A stretch of DNA of 64,000 nt. Origin: Vicugna vicugna. Taxonomy: Eukaryota. The notes under the pieces were generated by a model. That model was not told where the DNA came from. It searched no databases and saw nothing but the letters and a program-made list of their open reading frames with translations. The stretch lies in contig MU059330.1 of assembly GCA_013265495.1 (NCBI GenBank), positions 14,331,980 through 14,395,979 of the forward strand, written 5' to 3'. Below, one piece after another: positions 11,201-22,860 of this stretch. Both the position numbers and the translations under genes were made by a program. The stretch's first letter is position 1; every line of letters begins with the position of its first letter.

Positions 11201-13169
11201 GGGCGTCAGATGCTCCTGGCTGCATGGCCACAGACGGCCCCACCTCCTGTACCCCCGCAACCCGGGGGTCTCTTCCCCGCAGACAGCAGCCACCCAGGTC
11301 TGCAGGTGCAGACACGAGGCAAAGGTCAGCCACTCGCCCTTGGAGACAGAGCAGCCGCCTCCCCCACGGGGTCCTCACCTCCAGGGGCTCTAGGGTCCCC
11401 CGCAGGCAGCCCCCATGGGCTAGTTGGGACCACTTGGCGCATCCTCGGTCTAGTGGGTGCAGTGCGGCCATGGGCAGTTCCTAAAGCAGGGGTGGGGTGA
11501 GGGCACGGATGCCGCCCGACCTTGGGAGGGACTCCCTGGCCTGATGTCAGTGCCCCCAAATCCAGATGAGCCCCCAGCCTCCGTGTGTGTCCATGTCAGC
11601 CTCGCTCATGACTGGGCCAAACAGGGCTGCCAGTACCCAAGGACCAGTGCATAGTGGGCTCCTAAGAGAAAATGACGCTCTCTGGCAGGTCCTGGCATGG
11701 CGTCCAGACACCCCACACGGGCTGGGACTCTAGAGGTCACAGCGTCCCCAGAGCGCAGGTCGTGGAAGATCAGGGGCCAGCCTGTGGAGCCGCACTGTGG
11801 CCACAGTGCTCACTGCCTGCCTGCTGAATGCCACACAGGCAACATCACTCCTTCCGAGCGGCGGCCAGACGGCATCTAGAAGGCAGGACACGCACACGCA
11901 CACGCTGTCCCGCCCTGTGCCTCCTGCCAGCGCGTGGTCACTCCCCGCACCACGGCTCTGTGCTGACTGGGGACTGGGTGGCGTCCGGGCCATGTGTGAA
12001 GCCACGGGGAGTCCCACCCCCAACTCAAGTCTCAGTTGAAACGAGCCTCCAGAGTTGGCTGGAAGGTCCCCTTTTCAGGCTTACTTAACAGAAATCTGTT
12101 CTATTCACAACAAAATCTCAATTGTTACTGGTGACTCCTGTTTTCTGAACTATCCCGCCCCTCAGGGAGTGCTGGAGAAATCAGACGGGGACGTGGGGAG
12201 CGAGTGTGTGCGGAGAAGGACGAACTTCCAGGACAGGGACAGCAAACCTCCACAGAGCCTCGCCAGGACCCCCGCTGCTCGGTGCCGACCCCACCAGTAA
12301 CCCTGACCCCGGCTGCTCCGCTGCCATGAGCCCACCCCGCGCTCCTCATAAGTTTAGTGCAGCACAAGTGCCAGGTCAGGCACGCCACTTCCTAGACCCT
12401 GGGCCACTCCTGCCACCATCCTCATCACCCCCACACCCGGCACAGTGCTGACCCTCTGGGGGTACCTGGCAATGGAGTGATACGGCGCAGCTCAGGATCG
12501 ACAAGGACTCCTCCAGGTGGTGAGGCAGGCAGTCCACCCACCCAGAAAACACCAACACGGATCAGAGATTGCTTCAGACGTGCGCCAAGCCGGCACCGGG
12601 AGCCAGCACCAACAACCATGGGCAAAACCAGCCTCATCTCCTCTATTCCTAGGGGCGCGGGCGAGGGCAGGCGAGAGTCAGTTACCTGCTGGACACTCAC
12701 GTGATCTCCGCCAGGTCACCTGCCACAGTTCTTGTGCCAACGCGACCCACCAGGGTTGACCTGCAGGGAAGCACCTTCAGGAGAGGAGGATGTGTCCCCT
12801 CTTGGGCCCCAGGCAGACGGCACTGGGTGCTGGCCTTCCCCAAGCATCACCTGGGGAGGCAGGGACAGTGGACGGGGCTCTGGACACCACACGAAGAGCA
12901 GGGCCAGAAGAGGGAGGGAGGGAAGACTCGACAGCCCAGTGTCCTCTGACTGAGCACCAGGGCAGAACCAGGGGTGGCGGGCAAGGGAGGGGACAGGGAC
13001 ACAGCAGCGAGGTGCCTGTGTGTGCTGGGGTGAGGGGCACCTGGGCCAGGAGTTCTAAACCACAGCCCCGTGCCCATATGAGGGAAAGATGGGAAAAGGT
13101 GGAAAAAGAAAAAATGTATTTTACTTAAAGGACCATCTATTGTTCTGAGATTTGGCCTTCCTACATCAT

Positions 13170-13461
13170 GGTGTTAGAAGAACCTGTCACCAGCCGGGGC
13201 TGTCTCACTTCGCCGGCGGCCCAAACAACCCAGACTGACTCACGCCTGGTAAGCCCCTTTCTGACCCAGAGGCTGCCTTCTGGCTATGACCTCTCGTGGC
13301 GACAGGACAAGGGAGCCCTTTGGGGTCTTCATTGGGCACGCAGCCCAACATGAGGGCTCTTCCCTCAGGTCCCAACACCTCCTGGAAGGACCCCCCGACA
13401 CCATGACACTGGGGGTTTCCAACATGAATTTTGGGGGAAAACACACATTCAGACCACAGCA
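13170..13461 (-). mobile_element. MLT1A/MST-like MaLR LTR
   Basis: The reverse complement starts TGCTGTGGTCTGAATGTGTGTTTTCCCCCAAAATTCATGTTGGAAACC, a typical MaLR LTR 5' end. Confidence 0.8.
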
Positions 13462-14770
13462 GAGAACAGAATAATAAGGGAAAAACCCAAGCCACACGCC
13501 TCACCACTCCCGAAAAAGCCCCAAGCGGGCGGTCCCCGTGGGCCTAGAAGAACAGCACAGCCCCGTCCCTGCCACCTCGCAGTTTCCAAGGGCGTGCTCT
13601 CCGTGAGCCCGCCGCCCTAGGGAAGCCCTGCCTTGGTGCGGGGGCCGCCCCGCTGCACCGCGGCCAGACTCCCGTTCACAAGCACGCTGCCCGCGATTCC
13701 AGGGCCTGAATGGACAGTGCAGGCCATGGTGCTCACGCCTCCCAAGAAGGCCGCAGGCCCACGGCTGGCAGAACAGGGCCAGCCTACGCCGCTGACCACT
13801 GAATTCCTCGTAGCAGGAGGACCGAGCTGTAGGAGACACGCGCTGTTACCAACACCCACCTCCCAGGCAGACTGCATCAGTCAGAGGTCCCGCCCGATCC
13901 CAGGGGATGAGGAGCGCAAGTCTGTCCAACCTCACTAGATGGACCCAGCAAGCACTTTAAAACGTAGTTCCTACCTTCACACATGTGGGATTAAAACTCC
14001 ACTCCCAGAAAGCAAGAACCAACTCTAGTATGTGGTTTCAGGGCATATCTGGGCCCCTTCTCAGGATGCCACACCAGTGTTTACAGATACACTCAAAACT
14101 TATCATTTATCAGCTGGCCAGTAGAGTGTCCTTCTGTAAAGGGAGTGGACACGCCTGTGAGCTGGTGCTTTGTGGACTCCAGGGGTGGGTGGGGAGCAAG
14201 CAGTGGGCGAGGAGGGTCTCAGCCGTCTGCGTGGCCACCTACTTGAGCCCCATCTGACGTCCCCTTTTCTCCTCGTGGCCAGTGTGTGCAGTCTAGTTTC
14301 CCCAGGGCCCCTCTGGCACCCCAGGCCGGGGCATTCTCTGCTTCTGGACAGACCACTTGAGTGGGACCCCTGTGGCCCCTGCCGGCCCTGCTGTTTGGGT
14401 GGCCTCGGCTGTTCGTTTGGAGCCTGGCTTTCCCAGGAGCCTCCCTGCAGGCCAGCGGTCACCCACACGGCACATGAGCAGCAGGGTGGCCTTTAACTCT
14501 GCCTGACGTTGCTGTGCAGGACATCCATCCTAAAGGAAAGCAGGACTCAGCCCTGCTGTCCATTGCGCCAGAGGGGGATACTGAGGCCTGTGCCACTGGA
14601 CCCCCGCCCGGGACCTGAAGGTGGGAAGGGACCGGCTCTCTTGGCCCAGCAGGAGTCACTCCCTCTCGGCCATCTGGGCCTTTGCCTTCTCAACCCAGGG
14701 TCCCAGCCAGGGGGGCAACTGTGGTACTCACATCCACTGGCCTCAGTGGGGCCAGGCCCACCACGCCTAC

Positions 14771-14871
14771 CTGCTTGTCCCTCGCACTGTGCTCTGCGCA
14801 GCCGCCGCGCTGCTCCACCTCCTCCATGCCTCTGCGGCCACTCCTGTACGCAGACACCACAAAGCTGTCTC
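14771..14871 (-). CDS. NKD2: NKD2 coding exon 3 (GDSFVVSAYRSGRRGMEEVEQRGGCAEHSARDKQ)
   Basis: CAG acceptor at 14874-14872 and GTAGG donor at 14770. Exons 1-3 total 25+36+101=162 nt, or 54 codons, ending at phase 0. The peptide matches NKD2 GDSFVASAY...RDKQ. No exon 4 (ELxNGDPKEGP) was found in 1-14770. Confidence 0.95.
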
Positions 14872-15171
14872 CTGCGGCCCCGTGGGCGGACGCGCGGGAA
14901 ACAGGGCACCGAGAAGGGAAGGAGACGCGCAGTGAGGCCCGGGGGCGCTGCGACTTGGCGATGCCCCACCGCCCAGCGCGCCCACCCGTCTCCGCGGGGG
15001 CCTGGGACGCAGGGCTCAGGCGTGCGCCGGGGTCGGGGTCTGGGACCGGAGCGGCGCAGGCTGCGCGCTCCCAGAGGCCCCGCGGCACCGTCCCCCAGCC
15101 CGAGGGCTCGAGGGCAGGGCCCGCGTCGTGCTCTGGCCCCGGGTCCCGCCCGGGCCGCCCGGCGCGCTCAC

Positions 15172-15207
15172 CTTCGGGGCTCTCTCTCCGCTTGAAGGCT
15201 GCGGCGG
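15172..15207 (-). CDS. NKD2: NKD2 coding exon 2 (36 nt, AAAAFKRRESPE)
   Basis: CAG acceptor at 15210-15208 and GTGAG donor at 15171. In frame with exon 1 it gives HAAAAFKRRESPEG, matching the mammalian NKD2 sequence HAAAAxKRRESPEG. Confidence 0.94.
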
Positions 15208-15305
15208 CTGCGGCGCGGCCGGACGGCAGGGGGAGAGGGGAAGGGACAGTGAGTGGCCGGCGCCCGCCGCCCGCCCGCCCTCCCGCCCGCCGGCCCGCAT
15301 CTCAC

Positions 15306-15330
15306 CGTGCTTGGACTGGAATTTCCCCAT
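15306..15330 (-). CDS. NKD2: Naked cuticle homolog 2, coding exon 1 (MGKFQSKH + 1 nt)
   Basis: ATG at 15330-15328 reads MGKFQSKH, the known NKD2 N-terminus with the M-G-x-x-x-S-K myristoylation motif. A GTGAG donor follows at 15305. The exon sits in a CpG island. Confidence 0.96.
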
Positions 15331-15400
15331 GTCTCCCCCGGGCCCCGGCCCGCCCGCGCTCCCGGCGCCGCGCTCAGGTGCGGGTCTGGGGTCCAGCGCG

Positions 15401-15452
15401 NNNNNNNNNNNNNNNNNNNNNNNNNNNNNNNNNNNNNNNNNNNNNNNNNNNN
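15401..15452. other. Assembly gap (52 N) in the NKD2 5' UTR region
   Basis: Run of N in the sequence, flanked by very GC-rich DNA. Confidence 1.
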
Positions 15453-16420
15453 CGGCGGCGGCGGCGACGGCCCTGCTCCCTCTGTGCGCGCGCGCCCGTG
15501 CCTGGGCTTTAACCGCGGCCCCCGCAGCGCCCCCCGCGGCCGCCGCCCGCAGCGCACCGGCCCCCCGGACTCGCGCCCGCCTCCAGCCCGGCCCGCCCAC
15601 CTCCGCAGGGGAGCCCTGCCCAGTCCGGGCCCCCGCTGGGGCGCGTGCCAAGCCGGGACGTAGAGGGGACGGCGCCCGCCAACGACAAGGACCCGGGAAA
15701 AGCCGCCTATAAGGATGTTGGGGGCTGCAGTGGACTCCGCGGTCCTGCGCGGATGCTTTCAGGGGCAGCTCCCCACCCCCTCCCCCTCTCACCCCAGGTC
15801 AGGCACCCGCATCCTACAGGAGCCCAAGGGCCCTCTGCAGGAGAGAACCCTGGGGCACCGCATCCCTGTCTGGCGGTGATGGTAGTGGGTCTCCTGGGGG
15901 GTGGGGGATGGGAGCCCACGGGAGGCCCGTGGGGGAGAGTCGGCTGGAGGGACAGAGGACGGAAGAGGGGGTCTGTGGGAAAAACCAACTGCTACCCCTG
16001 GTCCGGCTAACGTCGAACCGCTGGCTCCTTCCCGGAAGGTCCAGCTCCAGCCTGTCTACCTCACGTCAATCAAGGACAGGAAGGGACTGGGGTGGGACCC
16101 CAGGGTGGGTTTCCCCCTGCACCCCCTCTTCTTGGCCTTGGCTGAACTCCTGGGCAGTGGGGGGAGGGTGTCAGCCAAGCTGGGAGCCCCAGGCCTGGTC
16201 ACCTGCCCTCGGCCTCCTCCACATGAGGGACGGGTGCACATTTCCTGAGTCTGCCTCCCTCCGGGAGTCCAGCTGCTCCGACCCCTCCCGCAGCTCCCTC
16301 TCAGCTCCTTCCCCTGCGATGGCCCCTACCTTCTCCGATCGCCTTGGGAGAAACCACCCCTTCTCACCTCCTCCTTGAACCCCAGCTTGCTACGCCCCTC
16401 ACTTCACCTGAACACCCCCC

Positions 16421-16450
16421 ACAACACACACACACACACACACACACGCA
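16421..16450. repeat. (CA)n microsatellite upstream of NKD2
   Basis: ACAACACACACACACACACACACACACGCA. Confidence 0.9.
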
Positions 16451-17689
16451 CCTGAATCTCCTGCAGCAGCTTCGACTCCGCAGATGCCGGTGACCCCGTG
16501 GTCACTCCCACATCTCCAGCTTTTTGGATGGCTCGCAGCCCTGGAGGTGGGCTGCCTGGGCCAAGGGCACACCCCACCCAGGCGTGGCCCGCCCCCTCCG
16601 TGGAGCTGGGCTTCCCCTGCTCACCGCTGCAGCCCCGCAGCTCACATCTAGCCAAGTCTGGGACCCGGGCGATTCACACACACCATCTGTCCAGCTTTCA
16701 GGCCATCAAGTTGCAGGTGTTGCTGTCAATTTTACTGCTGTCCAAAGTGCCATGTGATTCTCCCAGGTGCACCGCTGGCAGTGACAGACTGGAGACTGAG
16801 CTGGAGTCCTGTGCTGACCCCCACCCTGGAACCAAGCCGCACACAGAGGCGTGAACTCAGGGCGTGGGAACAGTGCTATGGGCAGCCCAGCCTGCCAGCC
16901 CTTCCCACCATCCCTTCTGAAGGACCCAGCCACACTGTGGGCACTCTGGGCAAGCAGACCTCCCAGCACTGGGAGGCAGGGGTCTTGGGTGGACCTGCAG
17001 CCAGCCCAGTCTCTGACCCTGGGGACAGCCGCCTTCCCCGTGGCACCCAACTCCAGGGTGAGATCCAAGACCCTCTCTCCCGGCCACGCTCCCATGCCCT
17101 TCCAGCCCTCTCTCGCTGCCTCCAACCCCCATGTGGCCTTTAACCCCCAATTTAGGATGTGATGGTTTGTCATCTTGTGGTTTCCTGGGTCCTATCCGTG
17201 TTTTTGTGACAATAATAGTAACAATGCCATTGTGCGTTATGGAAAGTGACAGCTGGGAGATTACAGCCCTTCCGAATGCACTGTTTATATCCACGCCAGG
17301 CAGCAACTCGGTGATGGGCTTGCGACCCCGTGTGCGGATATATTCCTGGACAGAGCCGTGCGAGACGCCTGTGTGCTCACTGGTGCAGATGCTGCGAAGC
17401 CGGGTACCCCAGGCCCCACAGAGGGCTTGTTGGCTGGGACGCCCGTCCAGGTGTGTTAGCCGGACTGCTGAGTCTCATTCCTTCTGGCAGAGGCTCTGTG
17501 GATGTCAGGAGGTCTGGAGAAGGGGGACAGGAGAGCAACGGTCCTGGGATGGCGAGCAGAGTGAGGCTGGCCTGCCCTGAGCTGCTGGGCATCTGTCCTC
17601 ACGTCCACCCAGTCACACAGCACTGGGTGGCAGAAACCTCACCCATGTTCCACATTGACCTGATACCTGTGACTGTTTTAAATTTATTC

Positions 17690-18660
17690 TTTAACAGCTT
17701 TATTGAGTTCACATGCCCTGCATTCACCCACTTGGCCTGCTCAGTTCATGATTTTTAGGGTTCTCACAGATGTGTGCAGCCACCACTGGCAATTTCAGAA
17801 CACTTTTGTCGCCTCAAAAAGAAACCCATCACCCCTAGCCTTCCCATCACCCCCGTCCCAGGGAGCCACAGCCTGCGGTCAGTCTCTGAGAGACACCGGG
17901 TTTGGACATTTCCGGGACTCGTGTGATGCATGGCCTTTCGTGTCCGGCTTCTTCGCTCAGTGTGAGGTGCCCTAGGTTCACCAGGTCGCAGTGTCGCTGC
18001 TTCACTGTCTTCATGCCTGAATAGAGTTCCGTGGTGTGGAGGGACCCTGTTTGTTTTTCTGTCCATCTGCTGGTGGACATCTGGGTGGTTTCCACCCTCA
18101 GGCGACTGTGAACCTTCGTGCACACACCCACGTAGACAGATTTCCAGTCTCGTGGGTTCCCACCTGCAGGGGGTTCGGGTCACATGGGGCGTCTGTCTCA
18201 CATGTGAGGAACGACCTCCCTGAGGCCCTGATGCTCTTCCCAGTGGCCACTCCATCTCCCCACCACGTCCCAGCCCGCCAGCCAAATGGGAGGCTCCATG
18301 CCCTCGCCGACTCTCGTTGCTCTCGAATGTTTTGATTCTGGTCGTTCTGGTGGGTGTGACGTGGTGTCTCACGTGGTCTGGGTTTGCGTTTCCCTGATGG
18401 GTGATGATGTCCAGTGTCTTTTCATGTCCTTGTCCTTTGCTCGCCTTCTCAGAAGAATTGACTATTAAAATCTTTGTCCTTTTTATTATTGGCCGTTAAA
18501 GCTCTTTACATATTGTGGATACGAGTTCCTTATTGAGTATACGATTTCCAAATATTTTTTCCATACTGCAGCTTGTCTTCACTTCTTTGATGGTGTCCAT
18601 TTAATTTTGATATTTCCAGTGTGTCTGTTTTATCTTTGGTTGTTTGTGCTTTTGGTGGCG
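17690..18660 (-). mobile_element. L1M (L1MB/MC-like) 3' fragment
   Basis: AACAGCTTTATTGAG...CAATTTCAGAACACTTTTGTCGCCTCAAAAAGAAACCC. ORF 17847..18131 (VETTQMSTSRWTEKQ) resembles the degraded L1 ORF2 C-terminus. Confidence 0.85.
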
Positions 18661-21600
18661 TACCTCTAGTTTCTTTGGGTCCTAATTTTTGACTTTCGGC
18701 CTACGTGGCTGCAGCCAAGAGGCAGGGCACAGCCAGTTGTCCTGGGAACTCCCTCGAGGTTATTGGTGCCAGGAATTCTTGACTGCAAGAAACACAGCTC
18801 AGACTCACTAAACCCCACACAGGTTCGTGTACCGGAGCCCCAGGTGGGCAGAGGTGGGACTTGCCTGGGGCAACAGGACCGGGAACTCACCCACCAAGAA
18901 CTCTGGGGCCTCTCTCTGCCAGAGACTCTGGACTTCCTCCGGGTGTAGACATGGCCTTGGCAGCCCCACCCACACACAGAAACCGGGGAAGAAGCAAGGA
19001 CAGTCCGATCAGCTCTTCAGTGGTGGCCGGCCTGCTCTATGTCCACCCCTGTGCTTGGGGGGATGGGGGCAGAGGGGGTTGTGCTGGGCTGACGTGGACG
19101 GCAGCCACCTCAGAGTCCAAACCCAGCGTGGGTCTCAGCCAGGACAGAGGCACCGTGTGCCCTCACCTGTGTCTTGTGCCCAGGAGTACGGACCAGAAAT
19201 CCTGAATCACCTTCAAGGAGGCCAGGCAGACATGCTGACTGTTTGTAATGTCCTGAGTCCTCCACTTGGTCCTGTTTGGATGCAGAGTGGCCCGTGGCTT
19301 CCCAGCCTCACGGAGCAGGGCCGCCAGGTGTCCCACATGGGCACAAAAAACGGCATGGATGGACGTTTCCGAAGAATGGCCACCGCCACCCCCTCCCTTC
19401 GGCTGAGGGCTGCCATCAGCTGGACAGACAGGTGAGTGCCATGAGAGGACAGGCAGCAGACCGTGCCCCCATTCAGACCCTGAACCATCCCCCAGGATCC
19501 CTTGTCTGGGGTGCTGACTTTGGAGATGCCGCCTGGGGCACCATGCTTCCCGCTGGGCAAGCCTGCAGCGGTGTCCCTACTGGGCACCCTGCACCATCCG
19601 CCTGCCCCGGGCAGGGCACTAGCCCCCTCTGCTGGGCTCTCTGGGCTCAAGGTGGCATCTTGTTGCCTCGAGGAGCAGCAGGGTCCCCATACCTCAGCTC
19701 AGGCCTCTGGGGCCCAGGTGCCAGCCACACCCTGGTGCCTCCCAGGCGGGTGAGTCCGGCCCCCACAATGTGCACTCCCCTTCACTCCACTGAGCCCTCA
19801 TCGTCCATGCAAGATCAAGGGCGTTCTGAGTGTCCATCGAGTTCCCCGGCCTCAGCAACAGCCCGGAAGGGGCCGGGAGGGAACGGGAGCTCGGGGAAGG
19901 ACCTTCACTGCGGAGCCCTGACTGCCAGATCTCGGGTGCACTCGCTGCTTGAGCTCAGGAAGGAGGGCCTGGAGCACCGGCTTGGGAAGTGCGGGCATCC
20001 GTCCAGCGGTCGGGCTCACCAGCCAGACCTGGCACTTTAGCCTCCAAAGCCCTTTCCTCCATAAAAAACACTGAAGGTTTTATCTTCCAACTGCACCATC
20101 CTGGTCCTCAGCTTGTCAGCTTCCTCGGCGTCCCGACCAAAGGGCTGGGTCCACCCCTCCCAGCCAGCTTGAGCAACTGTGCCCGCGGTGCCCTGGGGGC
20201 CAAGGCTGCATCCACCGTCCGGCTGGGCCTGGGCCCTTTGTCGGGAGCCGGTCCGAGCTGAGTTCCACCCACCTGTCGGCTGGCCTTGTCTCCATCCGGC
20301 CGCCTGGGGAGCGGGGAGCGCGGACGCAGGAAAGGCAAGTCCTCTGCTCCCAGCTTGCAGCAGTCACTTAACTTCTCGGGAAGAACCTCCAAGCTCAGAG
20401 TCTTTGGGTTGCTCCCTGGTGATGCTCACCTGTGATCTCAGCTGCAACACACACGTTAGCAGCAGTGCCCGGTCTGACCAGCGCTGCGGGGCACAGCTTT
20501 GACTGAGCACTGGCCACACCCCGACACTGCCGAGGTGTAAAGGCCCCTCCCCCTGAAGAGGGCGTGCCCATGAGCAAGGAACCCCCGAGAGTGGGCGGAG
20601 GGGTGGGGCTCTGACCCAGAGCCAGCCCACTCCTCCCCAGGCCCCAGAGACAAGGGTGCTCCTGCCAGGGGAGGGGCCGGATCCCTGGGCCTGGGAGATG
20701 GGCACCCTACCTGAGTCCAGACTCTTCCCCAACCCCGCCTGCAATCCCAGCTCAAGAGTGACCAGGGACGCAGCGACCTCAATCCCTGCTGGACCCTCCC
20801 CTCCCTGGCCAGCCTCCAAGGGGGGCCTTCTGGACCCTGTCGCCACCAGCTCCAGGCCCCGCAGAGACGCCGGCTTACACACTCCAGAGACTCGCGCCTG
20901 GAGCCCACTGTGACCACTCACGACACAACGTGGCCTTGCCCCTTTGTCATTTTGTGGGTGGGAATGGGCTGGGGGTGCTCTGTGACACTCCAGTCCCGGA
21001 CAGTCCGCTCTCTGGACAGCCTCTCCCTGTCACCAGCCTTGTGCAGTGGGCGTCTGTCTGCATCAGTGCTGTGCTGCGACGTGACCCTGTGAGGCTGCGT
21101 GGCCCCTCCCTTGGCACCGGCTGGCGTGTCCTGGCCACGGCCCTTGTGGGACGCCATTCGCCTCCTGCCTTCAAGGCAGGTATTCTGCCCGGGACTCGAC
21201 TTTCCTGCTGAGGCCCCTCTCCCTCTGCTGAGCTCAGTCCCTCTCCGTGTCCTGGTCCCCCGGGAGGGCCAGTGCAGGCAGGAGCACTGGCAGTGCCCTG
21301 TCCACTGCAGGTAGAGGAGCCGGGACCTACCGGAAACTGTGACTGGCTCAGGCTCCCGGCAGCTGCGCCCTGAGCCCCGCCTGGAGGCTCCTGCCGCCCT
21401 GCACGTCTGGGCGTCGAGGTGGCCCCGAGGGAGCTGGGAGGGCAGAGGCAGCAGGAGGCGGGGCCCGTGGGGGCCCCTTCCAGGTCATGGAGCCTTCAGG
21501 ACAGCTTTGCTATTGATAAAGCCAGTCCTCAGCACTTTCAGGGAGAAGGGCTGTGTTGACGCGTCTTCAGTCACTAGTCTGCGCCCTGCAGACTCTGAAA

Positions 21601-22384
21601 GCACCTTGTCCTCGTCACACCCGCTCCCAGGAACCCCGCTGACGGGTTGCGAGGGCCTGTGCAGGCCACGCGGTGGACAGCAGCCCCAAGCCACACATCT
21701 GTGAAGTCTCGATGCCAACGTGCTGAGAGGACCCCAGCCCTCGCCCTGGGGGCCCCCCAGTTGTCACCTTCCAGCACCCCAACCTGTGCCTCCCCCAGGG
21801 CCCCCAGGGAGTGTCCACGTGGTCTCTGCCCTCAGTGGCAGTCGCAGGTCTGAGGGCTTTCAGAGTCAGTGCCGACATGGGTTTTTTCCCAAAACCCGTG
21901 GAACCGGACGGGAAACTGCCGTTCGCTGCCCTCACGCATCAGGACGCGCACAGGTGTTCATTCCCGTCTCCTCAAGCGGGCAGTGTGGGCTGGATCTCTG
22001 CTCAGAGCAGCCCGCAAAGGGAGGGCTTCTCCCCACAGCCTCCAGGCCCTCCTGGTGGGAACTGAGCCCGCCAGCTCCCTGACCCCAAAGGACCCCTGTG
22101 AAGGAGGCAGGAGGTTTCCTGGGCCCAGGCGGGGAGTGGGCTGGGGGCTCAAGCTCCCTCTTCCTCCCCCAGAGATGGGACGCTGCCACACAGAGGTCCT
22201 GGAGAGGGAAGGCGAGCCGGCCCGGCCTTGCGAGGGGGCCCGGGACATCCCGCTCACATGCTGGCTGCCCTGCGTCCTCGCTCAGGTGGCCGCCGGGAGG
22301 CCGTCCTCCCCTGTGTGTGTGTGTTCGTGGCCTCTGGCCACTCTAAGGTCCGTGGAGCCTGGGAATGTGAGTGCTTGGGCCACT

Positions 22385-22442
22385 GCCCGGCACAGGACAG
22401 TTGCTCAGAAATTACTTGCTGTGTGGATGAATGAGTGAATGA
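22385..22442 (+). mobile_element. L2 3' end relic
   Basis: CCGGCACAGGACAGTTGCTCAGAAATTACTTGCTGTGTGGATGAATGAGTGAATGAA resembles the L2 terminus. Confidence 0.6.
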
Positions 22443-22539
22443 AAAGTGCCCGGGAGTTCAGGGGGAGTCACCTAAACTTGCCTTGCAGATGAAAGCCAGA
22501 GAATCACTTCTTTGCAGAACTGACACGGACCCTTGGAGG

Positions 22540-22860
22540 TTGTGTGTCTCAGCCACAGACCGGGCAGTTTATACACGACGGACATTTATTTCTCACAGTC
22601 CTGAAGGCCGGAGGCCGGGAATCAGGAGGCCGGCTGGGGCGGGTTCCGGAGAGGCCTCATCCGGGGGCAGATGGCACCTGCTCACTGGGCCCGCCCCCGG
22701 CAGGGAGCAGAGCCAAGGGAGCCGGCGCCCGGTGACTCTTACACAGGCACTGACCCCAGACGAAGGCTCCACTCTCCTGAATCACCTCTAAACGCCATTG
22801 CTCGGTGGGGCAGGGCTTCAATGTACGAATTTGGGGGGACGGAACATTCAGTCAATATCA
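22540..22860 (-). mobile_element. MLT1A/B-like MaLR LTR
   Basis: Contains GACATTTATTTCTCACAGTCCTGAAGGC. The reverse complement starts TGATATTGACTGAATGTTCCGTCCCCCCAAATTCGTACATTGAAGCCC. Confidence 0.85.

Larger units (their letters stand above)
14750..15720 (-). promoter_or_regulatory. NKD2: NKD2 CpG island and promoter
   Basis: Very dense CpG and GC boxes surround exons 1-3. A TATA-like TTAAAG on the minus strand at about 15507-15512 suggests a TSS near 15480 (inference). Confidence 0.85.

Noticed and set aside
14790-14815. Apparent 7-aa insertion (GGCAEHS) in NKD2 exon 3 relative to human
   Set aside because: As recalled, mouse Nkd2 has a similar segment (AGSGVEHRS), so this is likely ancestral rather than novel.
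15705-15713. CCTATAAGG as a CArG box or divergent TATA
   Set aside because: It has only five A/T bases between CC and GG, and nothing supports a downstream transcript.
14682-15792. Several 200-280-aa ORFs over the NKD2 CpG island
   Set aside because: These are CpG-island artefacts. Only the short spliced NKD2 exons are supported.
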